This document shows, in pieces, positions 39,238 to 47,261 of a stretch of 54,845 bases of DNA. This DNA is from Eubacteriales bacterium. GTDB taxonomy: Bacteria; Bacillota; Clostridia; Oscillospirales; CAG-272. The number at the start of each line of letters is the position of its first letter. Positions within the stretch are counted from its first letter, which is position 1. Under the pieces are notes generated by a model. The model did no database searches. It was given only the letters and a program-made list of their open reading frames with translations, and had not been told where the DNA came from. The DNA lies in assembly GCA_045658225.1 (NCBI GenBank), contig JAZOUO010000103.1:1-54845 (forward strand). The letters run 5' to 3'. The translations under genes were made by a program, and so were the position numbers.

Positions 39238-39272
39238 AGTTTACGCCGAGTTTACACTCGGCGTAAACTTTT
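39238..39272 (+). terminator. Terminator after the ferredoxin
   Basis: AGTTTACGCCGAG...CTCGGCGTAAACT followed by T residues. Confidence 0.8.
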
Positions 39273-39286
39273 AGATGGAGAAAATT

Positions 39287-40054
39287 ATGAATTTACAGAA
39301 CAGTTCTGTTAAAATAAATGAAAATCTTACTCTGTCGCAGGACAGTCGCGGGTTGACCTTTGGTACGGATGCATATCTTCTGTCAGCGTATATGTCGGGC
39401 GGCTCAAAAAAGCGCGCGGCAGACCTTGGCAGTGGCACGGGCGTGATTTCTCTCTTGTGTCAATCAAGGAACAAGTTTGCCCACGTGTATGCAGTTGAGG
39501 TGCAACAGAGCTTTGCAAGTCTTATAGAGCAAAATGCAAAGGAAAATCAGCTTGACGAGAAAATAACTGCCATACATTCTGATTTGCGCGATATACGCTC
39601 TGCTCACACAAACGGTGAGCTTGACTGCGTGTTTGCAAATCCCCCGTATATGAAAGCTGATTCGGGTAAACGCAATCAGCACGGCGAAAAATTCATCGCG
39701 CGCCACGAGGTGTTTGGCACTATTGATGATTTTTGTGCCTGCGCGTACCGACTTCTCAAGCACGGCGGTAAATTTTGCACCGTCTGGCGTCCCGACAGAC
39801 TCACCGACCTCCTCTGCGCCCTGCGCGCAAACAGACTTGAGCCAAAGGTAATTATATTTGTTCACGCGTATCCGTCAGCTCCTCCCTCGATGATCATAAC
39901 CGAGGCGGTAAAGGGCGGCGCGTCGGGAAACAAACTGTACCCGCCGCTCTATCTGTCAGAGAGTCTGGCAGACAGCAAAAACAGTATCCTTTCGGCAGAT
40001 GCAAAAACAATATACGACACCTGCTCGTTTGATGCCTTCCTAGGCAAAAAATAA
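39287..40054 (+). CDS. tRNA1(Val) A37 N6-methyltransferase (YabB/TrmN6 family)
   Basis: FGTDAYLL, DLGSGTGVI, NPPY and ARHE; holB-yaaT neighbourhood. Confidence 0.85.
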   Translation: MNLQNSSVKINENLTLSQDSRGLTFGTDAYLLSAYMSGGSKKRAADLGSGTGVISLLCQSRNKFAHVYAVEVQQSFASLIEQNAKENQLDEKITAIHSDLRDIRSAHTNGELDCVFANPPYMKADSGKRNQHGEKFIARHEVFGTIDDFCACAYRLLKHGGKFCTVWRPDRLTDLLCALRANRLEPKVIIFVHAYPSAPPSMIITEAVKGGASGNKLYPPLYLSESLADSKNSILSADAKTIYDTCSFDAFLGKK

Positions 40055-40087
40055 TCGGGATATACTCCCGCAAAGTTAGGACAAGCT

Positions 40088-40867
40088 ATGGAAAATATGA
40101 AGAGCGTCTTGAGCTATACAAGACGCGCAATAGATGATTATTCAATGATAAACGAGGGCGACAAGATCGCCGTTGGCGTCTCCGCGGGAAAAGACTCCCT
40201 TACCCTGCTCTGCGCTATGGCTAATCTTCGCCGCTTTTATCCAAAAAAATTTGAGCTTATCGCGATTACAATAGATATGGGCTTTGAGCCAAAACAGGAT
40301 TTCTCTGCTATAAAGGAGTTGTGTGACAAGCTCAACGTGGAATACCACGTAGTCCCCACGGAAATATCCAAGATAATTTTCGACGTGAGAAAAGAAAAAA
40401 ATCCCTGCTCACTCTGCGCTAAAATGCGTCGTGGCGCGCTTAATACCGCGGCAAAGGAGCTGGGCTGCACGACTGTCGCTCTCGGACATCATTTTGACGA
40501 CGTTGTCGAGACCTTTATGCTCAACCTATTTTTTGAGGGCAGACTTGGATGCTTCTCTCCCGTGACGTATCTTTCGCGTGTGGGAATAAGCGTCATACGA
40601 CCTATGATATATATGCCCGAAAAGGACGTTTCGGAATTCTCCCGCAAAAATTCTCTGCCCGTCATATCCTCCCCCTGCCCCGCAGACAAGACCACCGAGC
40701 GCGAGGAGATGAAGACACTTCTCCGTACTCTTGAAAGAGAAAACCGCGGACTTCGCTACCGCATTTTCGGCGCGATATGTCGCGGCGAGCTTGACGGATT
40801 CAAGGACGCTGGAAAAATGGACGGAATAAAGAAATATTCCGACGAGGACACAAATACCGAGGCTTAA
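40088..40867 (+). CDS. ttcA: tRNA 2-thiocytidine biosynthesis TtcA-family protein
   Basis: PP-loop VSAGKDS, CSLCAKMRRG, LGHHFDD and IRPMIY. Confidence 0.8.
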   Translation: MENMKSVLSYTRRAIDDYSMINEGDKIAVGVSAGKDSLTLLCAMANLRRFYPKKFELIAITIDMGFEPKQDFSAIKELCDKLNVEYHVVPTEISKIIFDVRKEKNPCSLCAKMRRGALNTAAKELGCTTVALGHHFDDVVETFMLNLFFEGRLGCFSPVTYLSRVGISVIRPMIYMPEKDVSEFSRKNSLPVISSPCPADKTTEREEMKTLLRTLERENRGLRYRIFGAICRGELDGFKDAGKMDGIKKYSDEDTNTEA

Positions 40868-41042
40868 TATGCCAAAGCGCACAAAAATCACAAAAACCGC
40901 GAAAAAATCACTGAAAAATTTTCCGTATTTACAATAACATTTTTCAAAAAAATACTGTACAATAAATCAATTTTGTGATAAAATTATTATGTTGAATCTT
41001 GTCGCTTTATAGGCGATCTCAAAGAAAGGTAAGGTCATAAAA

Positions 41043-41741
41043 ATGAAGAAGCTTTACACAGGAAAAACAAAGGATGTTTACCAGCTTGAAAACGGCAACG
41101 TATTGTTGAAGTTCAAGGATGACTGCACGGGCAAGGACGGCGTGTTCGATCCCGGTGAAAACTCGGTAGGTCTTACCATTGAGGGTATAGGCAGAGCAAA
41201 TCTCGAGACCTCTGTTCACTACTTTGAGTTGCTTAAGGCAGCAGGAATAAAGACTCACTACGTTTCTGCAGACCTTGAAAATGCTACAATGGAGGTTCTC
41301 CCCGCAGAGTGCCTCGGCAAAGCGCAGGGCGGCGTCGGACTTGAGGTTATTTGCCGTCTCGTTGCTACCGGTAGCTTTATCCGCAGATACGGCGAGTACA
41401 TAAAGAACGGCACACGCATCCCAGGCGGATATGTTGAGTGTACGTTCAAGAACGATGCAAAGGGCGACCCGCTTGTGACAGGCGAGGGACTTGAGGTTCT
41501 TGGCGTTATGTCTCCCGAGATGTTCCAGAGCATGAAGGAGCAAACGCTTGCTATCACAAAGATAGTTGCTGACGATCTCGCTTCTATCGGTCTTGACCTT
41601 TGGGATATTAAGTTCGAGTTCGGCTACAACAATGGCGAAGTAGTGCTTATCGACGAGATCGCTTCGGGTAATATGAGAGTTTATAAGGGCGACACCATAG
41701 TTGAGCCCGTTGAGCTCACAAAGCTTATTCTTAACAGATAA
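41043..41741 (+). CDS. purC: SAICAR synthetase
   Basis: [29 protein letters not shown] and LIDEI. Confidence 0.92.
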   Translation: MKKLYTGKTKDVYQLENGNVLLKFKDDCTGKDGVFDPGENSVGLTIEGIGRANLETSVHYFELLKAAGIKTHYVSADLENATMEVLPAECLGKAQGGVGLEVICRLVATGSFIRRYGEYIKNGTRIPGGYVECTFKNDAKGDPLVTGEGLEVLGVMSPEMFQSMKEQTLAITKIVADDLASIGLDLWDIKFEFGYNNGEVVLIDEIASGNMRVYKGDTIVEPVELTKLILNR

Positions 41742-41757
41742 TCAATACAAACAAAAC

Positions 41758-41792
41758 GCGCCCCAAGGCTTTAACCTTGGGGCGTTATTTTT
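41758..41792. terminator. Bidirectional terminator between purC and the NCS2 permease
   Basis: GCCCCAAGG-CTTTAA-CCTTGGGGC hairpin between convergent genes. Confidence 0.7.
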
Positions 41793-43131
41793 ATATCGGA
41801 AGTGCCGAAAGCACGTATTTGAGAAGAAACAGTGCGATAACCACGTACATAACGGGGTGTATCTTTTTGATCTTACCTGCCGCGATGGTGACAACGACGT
41901 AAGACATAAGTCCAAACGCTATGCCGTCGGTTATGGAATAAAACATCGGCATACCGAAAACAGTGATAAACGCGGGAATAGATTCCTCAAGATTATCCCA
42001 CTTTACCTCCCTGAGCGAGCCCGCCATCATAACACCTACCACGATAAGCACGGGGGCTGTTGCCGCGGCGGGTACAAATCCAAGTATAGGCGAGAGGAAT
42101 ATCGAGAGTGCAAAGCATGCACCCGTCACCATTGATGTCAGAGACGTTCTGCCGCCTGCCGAGATGCCTGCTGTGGATTCAACGTAGGTTGTGACTGTTG
42201 ACGTGCCTATCACAGCACCCGCCGAGGTGGCAATAGCGTCTGCGAGCATTGCGCGCTCAAGCTTTGGCATATTGCCGTTCTCATCAAGATACCCCGCCTT
42301 GTCTGCCGCGCCGATAAGAGTGCCGAGCGTGTCAAACATATTTACAAGCACGAGGGTTATCATAACCGACAAAAGCGAAGCAACAGACGTCTGGAACAGC
42401 TCGCCAAATCCTCCGAACATATCTCCGAAAAGGCTGAAATCGAGGTCGGGAACCCACGTTGTAGGCATACTGACACCTACGTCAACCTTAAATACAAACT
42501 GCAATATACAAGCTACCGCGCTCGTTCCAAGGATGGATATGAACAGTCCTCCCTTGACCTTTGCGATAACAAGAACTATCGTAAGCGCAAGACCAAAGAG
42601 CGCAAGAAGTGTTGACGGCTCTCTGAACGAGCCCATTGAGATAATGGTGTCAGGGTTGCTTACGACAAGCCCCGCGTTCTTAAAGCCGAGCAGCGCGATA
42701 AAGAAGCCTATGCCCGCAGCTATTGCCTTTTTCATATTAAGCGGAATTGCCGCAACTATTGCCTTACGCGCTCCAGTCACCGTGAGAAGTATAAAGAAAA
42801 GTCCCGAGATAAATACCGCCGCAAGCGCAGCTCTGTACGACATACCCAGCGTTCCGCAAAGGGTGTACGTAAAGACCGCATTGAGTCCCATTCCGGGAGC
42901 CTGTGCCAAGGGGTAGTTTGTCAGCAGACCTATAAGCCACGTTCCCATAGCCGCCGAAAGACACGTCGCCACCATTACCGCCGTCGTGGGCATATTGGCG
43001 GGCGAGCCCTCTCCGAGCAGTCTCGGGTTAATAAAAATGATATACGCCATAGCGAAGAAGGTTGTAAGTCCCGCTATGATTTCCGTTTTTACGTTAGTTC
43101 CGTTTTGCTTGAGCTTAAATAACTTTTCCAT
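41791..43131 (-). CDS. NCS2/AzgA-type purine permease
   Basis: FKLKQNGTNVKTEIIAGLTTF, APGMGLNA, FDTLGTL and TYVESTAGISAGGRTSL. Confidence 0.92.
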   Translation of the reverse strand: MEKLFKLKQNGTNVKTEIIAGLTTFFAMAYIIFINPRLLGEGSPANMPTTAVMVATCLSAAMGTWLIGLLTNYPLAQAPGMGLNAVFTYTLCGTLGMSYRAALAAVFISGLFFILLTVTGARKAIVAAIPLNMKKAIAAGIGFFIALLGFKNAGLVVSNPDTIISMGSFREPSTLLALFGLALTIVLVIAKVKGGLFISILGTSAVACILQFVFKVDVGVSMPTTWVPDLDFSLFGDMFGGFGELFQTSVASLLSVMITLVLVNMFDTLGTLIGAADKAGYLDENGNMPKLERAMLADAIATSAGAVIGTSTVTTYVESTAGISAGGRTSLTSMVTGACFALSIFLSPILGFVPAAATAPVLIVVGVMMAGSLREVKWDNLEESIPAFITVFGMPMFYSITDGIAFGLMSYVVVTIAAGKIKKIHPVMYVVIALFLLKYVLSALPI

Positions 43132-43168
43132 TATGTCTCCTCTTGCAAGTGTGAGTCGTAATGGAATA

Positions 43169-43197
43169 ATTATACTATATTAAGAGACAAAAGTCAA
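43169..43197 (-). promoter_or_regulatory. SigA promoter for the NCS2 permease
   Basis: TTGACT-17 bp-TATAAT. Confidence 0.65.
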
Positions 43198-43209
43198 TAG
43201 ATTTGGGCT

Positions 43210-44508
43210 TTACATTTTTTTGTCGTCTGTGGCAGGGTTGTCGATGAGTTGACCGTCCTCTGTAAAACGCGAGCCGTGGCATGGACAGTCCCAAGTATGC
43301 TCTGCTCTGTTGTATTTCAGGACACACCCCAAGTGAGGACATCGGGGCGTAGTTGGCGTTATCCAACCAAGCAATGCCTGACCGAGATTGCAAAAAAGTT
43401 GACCTCTGAGAATACTTCTTGAGGGCGAGAACACGTCGGCATATTTGTTCTCCTTTCCCGTCACCATATCCGCAAGCATTATTGCCGAGAGCATGGCGTT
43501 CGTCATTCCCCACTTGTTAAAGCCCGTGGCAACGAAAAGGTTATTCGTTCCGCAAGAATACTGCCCAATATACGGCATACCGTCAAGCGTCATGCAGTCC
43601 TGCGTTGCCCATCTGTGCGTTATCTTTGCGTTTGGATAATGCTTTTTAGCGAAAACTTCAAGCTCGTTGTAGCCTCCTCCCTGCTTTCCCGTGCGGTGAC
43701 TGCCGCCGCCTAGCAAAAGATACTCGCCATAGTTTCGGAACGAAAGCCCCTTTTCCTCGCAGTCGATATACATCCCTTGCACATCCTCCGCACCCGAGAG
43801 AGCCAGCACGTACGAGCGATGCTGATACATCTTTATGAAATACCAGCCGTGCTTATTGATTATGGGAAAATGCGTCGCCACAATGATGCTTTTTGCCTTT
43901 ATTTTTCCCCTATTCGTCAACACTCCGTCGGGCAAGAATTCAAGAGCCTTTGTCTGCTCGAATATTTTAAGTCCCTGACATATAGAGGACACGAATTTGA
44001 GTGGGTCAAACTGCGCCTGATGTGTGAGCTTCACTGCTCCAACCGTCTTTATAGGCAAAGGAATATCCTTTGCAAAATGTGCCTTAAAGCCTATTTTTTC
44101 ATACGCTCGAAGCTCGTCCTCAATCTTGGTTAAATTGTCCGTCGAATAAACAAAAGCATCCTTTTCCTCAAAATCACAGTCCATGTCACGGCACATTTCC
44201 CTGTATTTATCCAGTGCGTCGGACTGTGCCTCAAAATACAGCCTCGTTTTCTCAACTCCGAATTTTTTGATAAACTCGTGGCAAGTAAGTCCGTGCTGTA
44301 TCGTGATTTTCGCCGTCGTGTTTTTAGTCACACCGCCGCAGATTCTGTCCGCCTCAACAAGCGCGTAATTGACTCCCGCGTCGTCAAGTGTTTTAGCACA
44401 CAAAACGCCCGTAAGTCCACCTCCCACGACGAGCACGTCAACTGATGTGTCTCCGTCAAGCGCATCAAACTGCGGTATTTTTGAATTTTCAGTCCATATA
44501 GATTTCAT
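43210..44508 (-). CDS. FAD-dependent oxidoreductase with C-terminal Rieske domain (YhfW-like)
   Basis: VVGGGLTG, TGFNKWGMT and Rieske CPHLGC...WDCPCHGSRF; real start MKSIW at 44508 with GGAGG RBS. Confidence 0.9.
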   Translation of the reverse strand: MKSIWTENSKIPQFDALDGDTSVDVLVVGGGLTGVLCAKTLDDAGVNYALVEADRICGGVTKNTTAKITIQHGLTCHEFIKKFGVEKTRLYFEAQSDALDKYREMCRDMDCDFEEKDAFVYSTDNLTKIEDELRAYEKIGFKAHFAKDIPLPIKTVGAVKLTHQAQFDPLKFVSSICQGLKIFEQTKALEFLPDGVLTNRGKIKAKSIIVATHFPIINKHGWYFIKMYQHRSYVLALSGAEDVQGMYIDCEEKGLSFRNYGEYLLLGGGSHRTGKQGGGYNELEVFAKKHYPNAKITHRWATQDCMTLDGMPYIGQYSCGTNNLFVATGFNKWGMTNAMLSAIMLADMVTGKENKYADVFSPSRSILRGQLFCNLGQALLGWITPTTPRCPHLGCVLKYNRAEHTWDCPCHGSRFTEDGQLIDNPATDDKKM

Positions 44509-44590
44509 TTTTACGCCTCCAAGCTTTAATGCTTTATTATGCGTAGAATTTCGATTAAATATAAGTTTTTTACATTGGTAAAAAACATCA

Positions 44591-44616
44591 AAAAAGCACC
44601 CCGAGGGGTGCTTTTT
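44591..44616 (-). terminator. Terminator closing the orphan-gene array
   Basis: AAAAAGCACCCC-GA-GGGGTGCTTTTT hairpin. Confidence 0.75.
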
Positions 44617-44629
44617 GCGTTGGCTTGAG

Positions 44630-45175
44630 CTACCAAAATAGATGCCGGTTATAAAAGCAGGAAACAAGCTCTTTCAGCATATAAACCGAAACACAACCAA
44701 CAACGCCGAGCATAATGACGGCAACTATGCGAACAAATATCCTAAGCCATTTTTGTTCCATCGTTTTGGCAAATCTTACCATCAAAAACGCCATATATCC
44801 AAAAACAGAAAGCAATAAAAGCCATATGGCAATGGCACATACTTTTTCATTGAGCGTATCTGTATACATTAAAAACTTGTTGGTTTCAACACCCCAAGGT
44901 TCGATCGGTATTTTGGCAACAAGTAAAAATACAAGGTTAATGATGATCACTACTGATGCGGCTATGTAATATACCAAACCGACAACGGACATTTTGCCTC
45001 GATCCTTTTGTCGTCGTTTTGTTCTTTCAAATAAAGATGTACTATCCAAAAAAACCACACGCAGCACAGGATTCTTGATAGAAATATATTTCCCGGTTTG
45101 AAAGCGGCTGTCGTAACCTGCCAAGATGCGAATGAAAAACAAACAAAATATAAATAACAGATACATCATCAGCAT
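44630..45175 (-). CDS. Hypothetical membrane protein (cassette 1, ~4 TM)
   Basis: Hydrophobic segments; AGAAAGGCGGTG RBS 6 nt before the ATG at 45175; upstream TTGAAA-17-TATACT. Confidence 0.7.
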   Translation of the reverse strand: MLMMYLLFIFCLFFIRILAGYDSRFQTGKYISIKNPVLRVVFLDSTSLFERTKRRQKDRGKMSVVGLVYYIAASVVIIINLVFLLVAKIPIEPWGVETNKFLMYTDTLNEKVCAIAIWLLLLSVFGYMAFLMVRFAKTMEQKWLRIFVRIVAVIMLGVVGCVSVYMLKELVSCFYNRHLFW

Positions 45176-45266
45176 AACAATCACCGCCTTTCTGGGTTTA
45201 GTATATCATAAAACCTTTTACTTTTCAATCTGAAATGAAATGTGCCTAAAAACTGTGGATTTTTCT

Positions 45267-45686
45267 TTATTTTTCTTGATCCGAAGGATTGGTTGAAACA
45301 ATAAAACATACAATTCTCAAAACAATATATGTAAAAAACACAATAAGCAGTGCTATTACATCCTCTTTGAAAATGTCTTTATAATATTCATTAAAAAATA
45401 TGAGCAACAAACTCAAATTAGAAAGAATATTAAGTATTGATTTTGCCACGGTTTTGGGTTTGATAAAAAAATAATAAACGGTATAAAACAAATCCAACTC
45501 GTAGAAAACTACAAATCCACCGAGCACTATGAGCATAGCAGCCCCCACGCCCGCCATAATATCAATGCCGTTAGCTGGATCCATATCATAATTATAGGAA
45601 TCTATTGCAGCTTTAATAAAAACGAACGAGGTAATAACAATCAACGCCAAAAAAATAGAGATAATTATTATTTTTTTCTTCTTCAT
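45267..45686 (-). CDS. Hypothetical membrane protein (cassette 2, ~4 TM)
   Basis: 139 aa, hydrophobic and AT-rich; same RBS/promoter module. Confidence 0.75.
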   Translation of the reverse strand: MKKKKIIIISIFLALIVITSFVFIKAAIDSYNYDMDPANGIDIMAGVGAAMLIVLGGFVVFYELDLFYTVYYFFIKPKTVAKSILNILSNLSLLLIFFNEYYKDIFKEDVIALLIVFFTYIVLRIVCFIVSTNPSDQEK

Positions 45687-45691
45687 GTCTC

Positions 45692-45895
45692 CACCGCCTT
45701 TCTAATTTCATTATATCACACTTGGGGGGGTTGCAATATGTTGAGGAAGAGAATTACAGTAGGGCGGCTGATTTGCAAGCAAATCGGCTTGCTCCCGCTG
45801 CTTTCCAGAGGTGACGGCCTGATTTAGAACCCTTACATAAAACGCAAGCGTTTTATGTGTATCGTTTCAAGTGACGGTCAGCGACTCAAAAAAGA
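45692..45895. repeat. ~200-bp cassette repeat copy A (RBS/promoter + GTAG-REP + tRNA-Cys-3'-derived palindrome)
   Basis: Aligns by eye with 46330-46532; shares e.g. GTTGCAATATGTTGAGGAA and AATTACAGTAGGGCGGCTGATTTGCAAGCAAATCGGCTTGCTCCCGC. Confidence 0.9.
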
Positions 45896-45904
45896 TGCCA
45901 ATCG

Positions 45905-46324
45905 TTATTCTATATTTTCTTTTTGTCTATCATTCCTCATCGTTTTGATATGCTTAATGATCGATATAATTTCCATCACAAAAATTGTCACAGCACATAT
46001 GGCAATTCTAATATTGGGAAACTCACTTTTGGCAAATACAATCGGGATCGTAGCGATTATTACCAATGCCATTGCACCATTAAAGATAGGATGAATTTTC
46101 TTAAATATTTTTATTACAGAAAGAACCGCATCTATAAAGTAAAATAATAAACTACACAGTGCCACTATGAGAGCCAATATGGCTAAAGCAAACGATTTAC
46201 TTACGCCACTTTCCGGTTCAATCTCATTGATCGATGTGATAAACGCGCCAAGTAGCAATCCCACGCTAATTATTGTAATCAACATACCAACCATTGCAGG
46301 TATTTTGGAGTAAATTTTTTTCAT
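45905..46324 (-). CDS. Hypothetical membrane protein (cassette 3, ~4 TM)
   Basis: 139 aa hydrophobic ORF; promoter TTGCAA-17-TATAAT (46349-46377) and the same RBS. Confidence 0.75.
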   Translation of the reverse strand: MKKIYSKIPAMVGMLITIISVGLLLGAFITSINEIEPESGVSKSFALAILALIVALCSLLFYFIDAVLSVIKIFKKIHPIFNGAMALVIIATIPIVFAKSEFPNIRIAICAVTIFVMEIISIIKHIKTMRNDRQKENIE

Positions 46325-46329
46325 ATCTA

Positions 46330-46550
46330 CACCGCCTTTCTTGACTTTATTATATCACATTCCTTGGTGGGTTGCAATATGTTGAGGAATAAAATTACAG
46401 TAGGGCGGCTGATTTGCAAGCAAATCGGCTTGCTCCCGCCGTTTTCCAGAAGTGACGATGAGATTTGAACCCTTATTTTGCCCAAGGGCGAGTTGTATCG
46501 GTTCAACTGACGATCGGCGGCTCCAAAAAAGACAGACACCCGATTGGGTG
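46330..46550. repeat. ~200-bp cassette repeat copy B
   Basis: Direct repeat of copy A; contains AAGTGACGATGAGATTTGAACC (tRNA-Cys 3' remnant) and a partial terminator. Confidence 0.9.
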
Positions 46551-46561
46551 CAAATATAATC

Positions 46562-46672
46562 ATCGGATTTGAACCCTTACATAAAACGCAGGCGTTTTAT
46601 GTGTATCGGTTCAACTGACGGTCGGCGGCTCCAAAAAAAAGACAGACACCTAATTAGGTGCCTGTCTTTTTT
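46562..46672. repeat. tRNA-linked repeat copy C, including the tRNA-operon terminator (46633-46672)
   Basis: ATCGGATTTGAACC + hairpin CATAAAACGC-AG-GCGTTTTATG + ATCGGTTCAACTGACGGTCGGCGGCTCCA + AAAAAAGACAGACACC-TAATTA-GGTGCCTGTCTTTTTT. Confidence 0.85.
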
Positions 46673-46747
46673 TGGAGGTGACGATCGGATTTGAACCGAT
46701 GGATAACGGTGTTGCAGACCGGGGCCTTACCACTTGGCTACGTCACC
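46673..46747 (-). tRNA. tRNA-Cys(GCA)
   Basis: GGTGACGTAGCCAAGTGGTAAGGC...CTGCAAC...GGTTCAAATCCGATCGTCACCTCCA; cloverleaf with encoded CCA. Confidence 0.93.
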
Positions 46748-46754
46748 AAAAAAA

Positions 46755-46830
46755 TGGAGCGGATTACGGGGCTCGAACCCGCCACCTTCGCCTTGGCAAG
46801 GCGACGCTCTACCAAATGAGCTAAATCCGC
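46755..46830 (-). tRNA. tRNA-Gly(GCC)
   Basis: GCGGATTTAGCTCATTTGGTAGAGC...CTTGCCAAG...GGTTCGAGCCCCGTAATCCGCTCCA. Confidence 0.95.
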
Positions 46831-46833
46831 ATA

Positions 46834-46910
46834 TGGCGACCCGAAGGGGACTCGAACCCCTGACCTCTAGCGTGACAGGCTAGCGTTCTAACCAACTGAA
46901 CTACCGGGCC
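46834..46910 (-). tRNA. tRNA-Asp(GTC)
   Basis: GGCCCGGTAGTTCAGTTGGTTAGAACGCTAGCCTGTCACGCTAG...GGTTCGAGTCCCCTTCGGGTCGCCA. Confidence 0.95.
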
Positions 46911-46912
46911 AT

Positions 46913-46996
46913 AATTTGACGCTTCGCGTCAAATTGGACTAGTTTGTGCTTCGCACAAACTGCCTATTGTATGCTCTCATTTTGCTTCGCAAAATG
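46913..46996. repeat. Three tandem hairpins, each centred on GCTTCGC, in the Val-Asp spacer
   Basis: AATTTGAC-GCTTCGC-GTCAAATT, AGTTTGT-GCTTCGC-ACAAACT and CATTTT-GCTTCGC-AAAATG. Confidence 0.75.
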
Positions 46997-47034
46997 GGCT
47001 TTGGTTTATCCCTCTATTGAGAGTTAAACTTAAA

Positions 47035-47110
47035 TGGTGGAAACAATAGGGCTCGAACCTATGACCCTCTGCTTGTAAGGCAGATGCTCTCCCAACTGAG
47101 CTATGCTTCC
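47035..47110 (-). tRNA. tRNA-Val(TAC)
   Basis: GGAAGCATAGCTCAGTTGGGAGAGCATCTGCCTTACAAGCAGA...GGTTCGAGCCCTATTGTTTCCACCA. Confidence 0.95.
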
Positions 47111-47143
47111 ATAATCGCGCGGCTTCTGCCTTGCGACTTACCC

Positions 47144-47172
47144 ATTATATCATAGACGAAATTGTTTGTCAA
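47144..47172 (-). promoter_or_regulatory. Strong SigA promoter of the tRNA operon
   Basis: TTGACA-17 bp-TATAAT, extended TG, and an upstream A/T-rich UP-like tract. Confidence 0.85.
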
Positions 47173-47220
47173 TACTTTTTTTGAAAAAATTTTTATTTTT
47201 TCTTGCGCCTCAAAATTTTG

Positions 47221-47258
47221 AAAAAAAGCATTTTCCGACAAGGGAAAATGCCTTTTTT
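47221..47258 (-). terminator. Terminator after the cysteine desulfurase
   Basis: AAAAAAAGCATTTTCC...GGAAAATGCCTTTTTT inverted repeat. Confidence 0.7.
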
Positions 47259-47261
47259 ATA

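Noticed and set aside
43132-43200. Purine riboswitch upstream of the NCS2 permease
   Set aside because: The promoter is ~35 nt from the start codon, leaving no room, and no aptamer consensus is visible.
44509-44667. N-terminal extension of the FAD/Rieske ORF given in the track
   Set aside because: It crosses a terminator and overlaps the upstream gene; the family-typical start MKSIW at 44508 has a GGAGG RBS.
45692-46672. CRISPR array interpretation of the repeats near tRNA-Cys
   Set aside because: Units are 100-200 bp, degenerate, irregularly spaced and separated by whole genes; no short identical repeats with uniform spacers and no cas genes.
39287-47110. Functional link between the tRNA1(Val) methyltransferase and nearby tRNA-Val(TAC)
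   Set aside because: They are 7 kb apart, on opposite strands and in separate transcription units; the methyltransferase position is explained by conserved holB-yaaT synteny.
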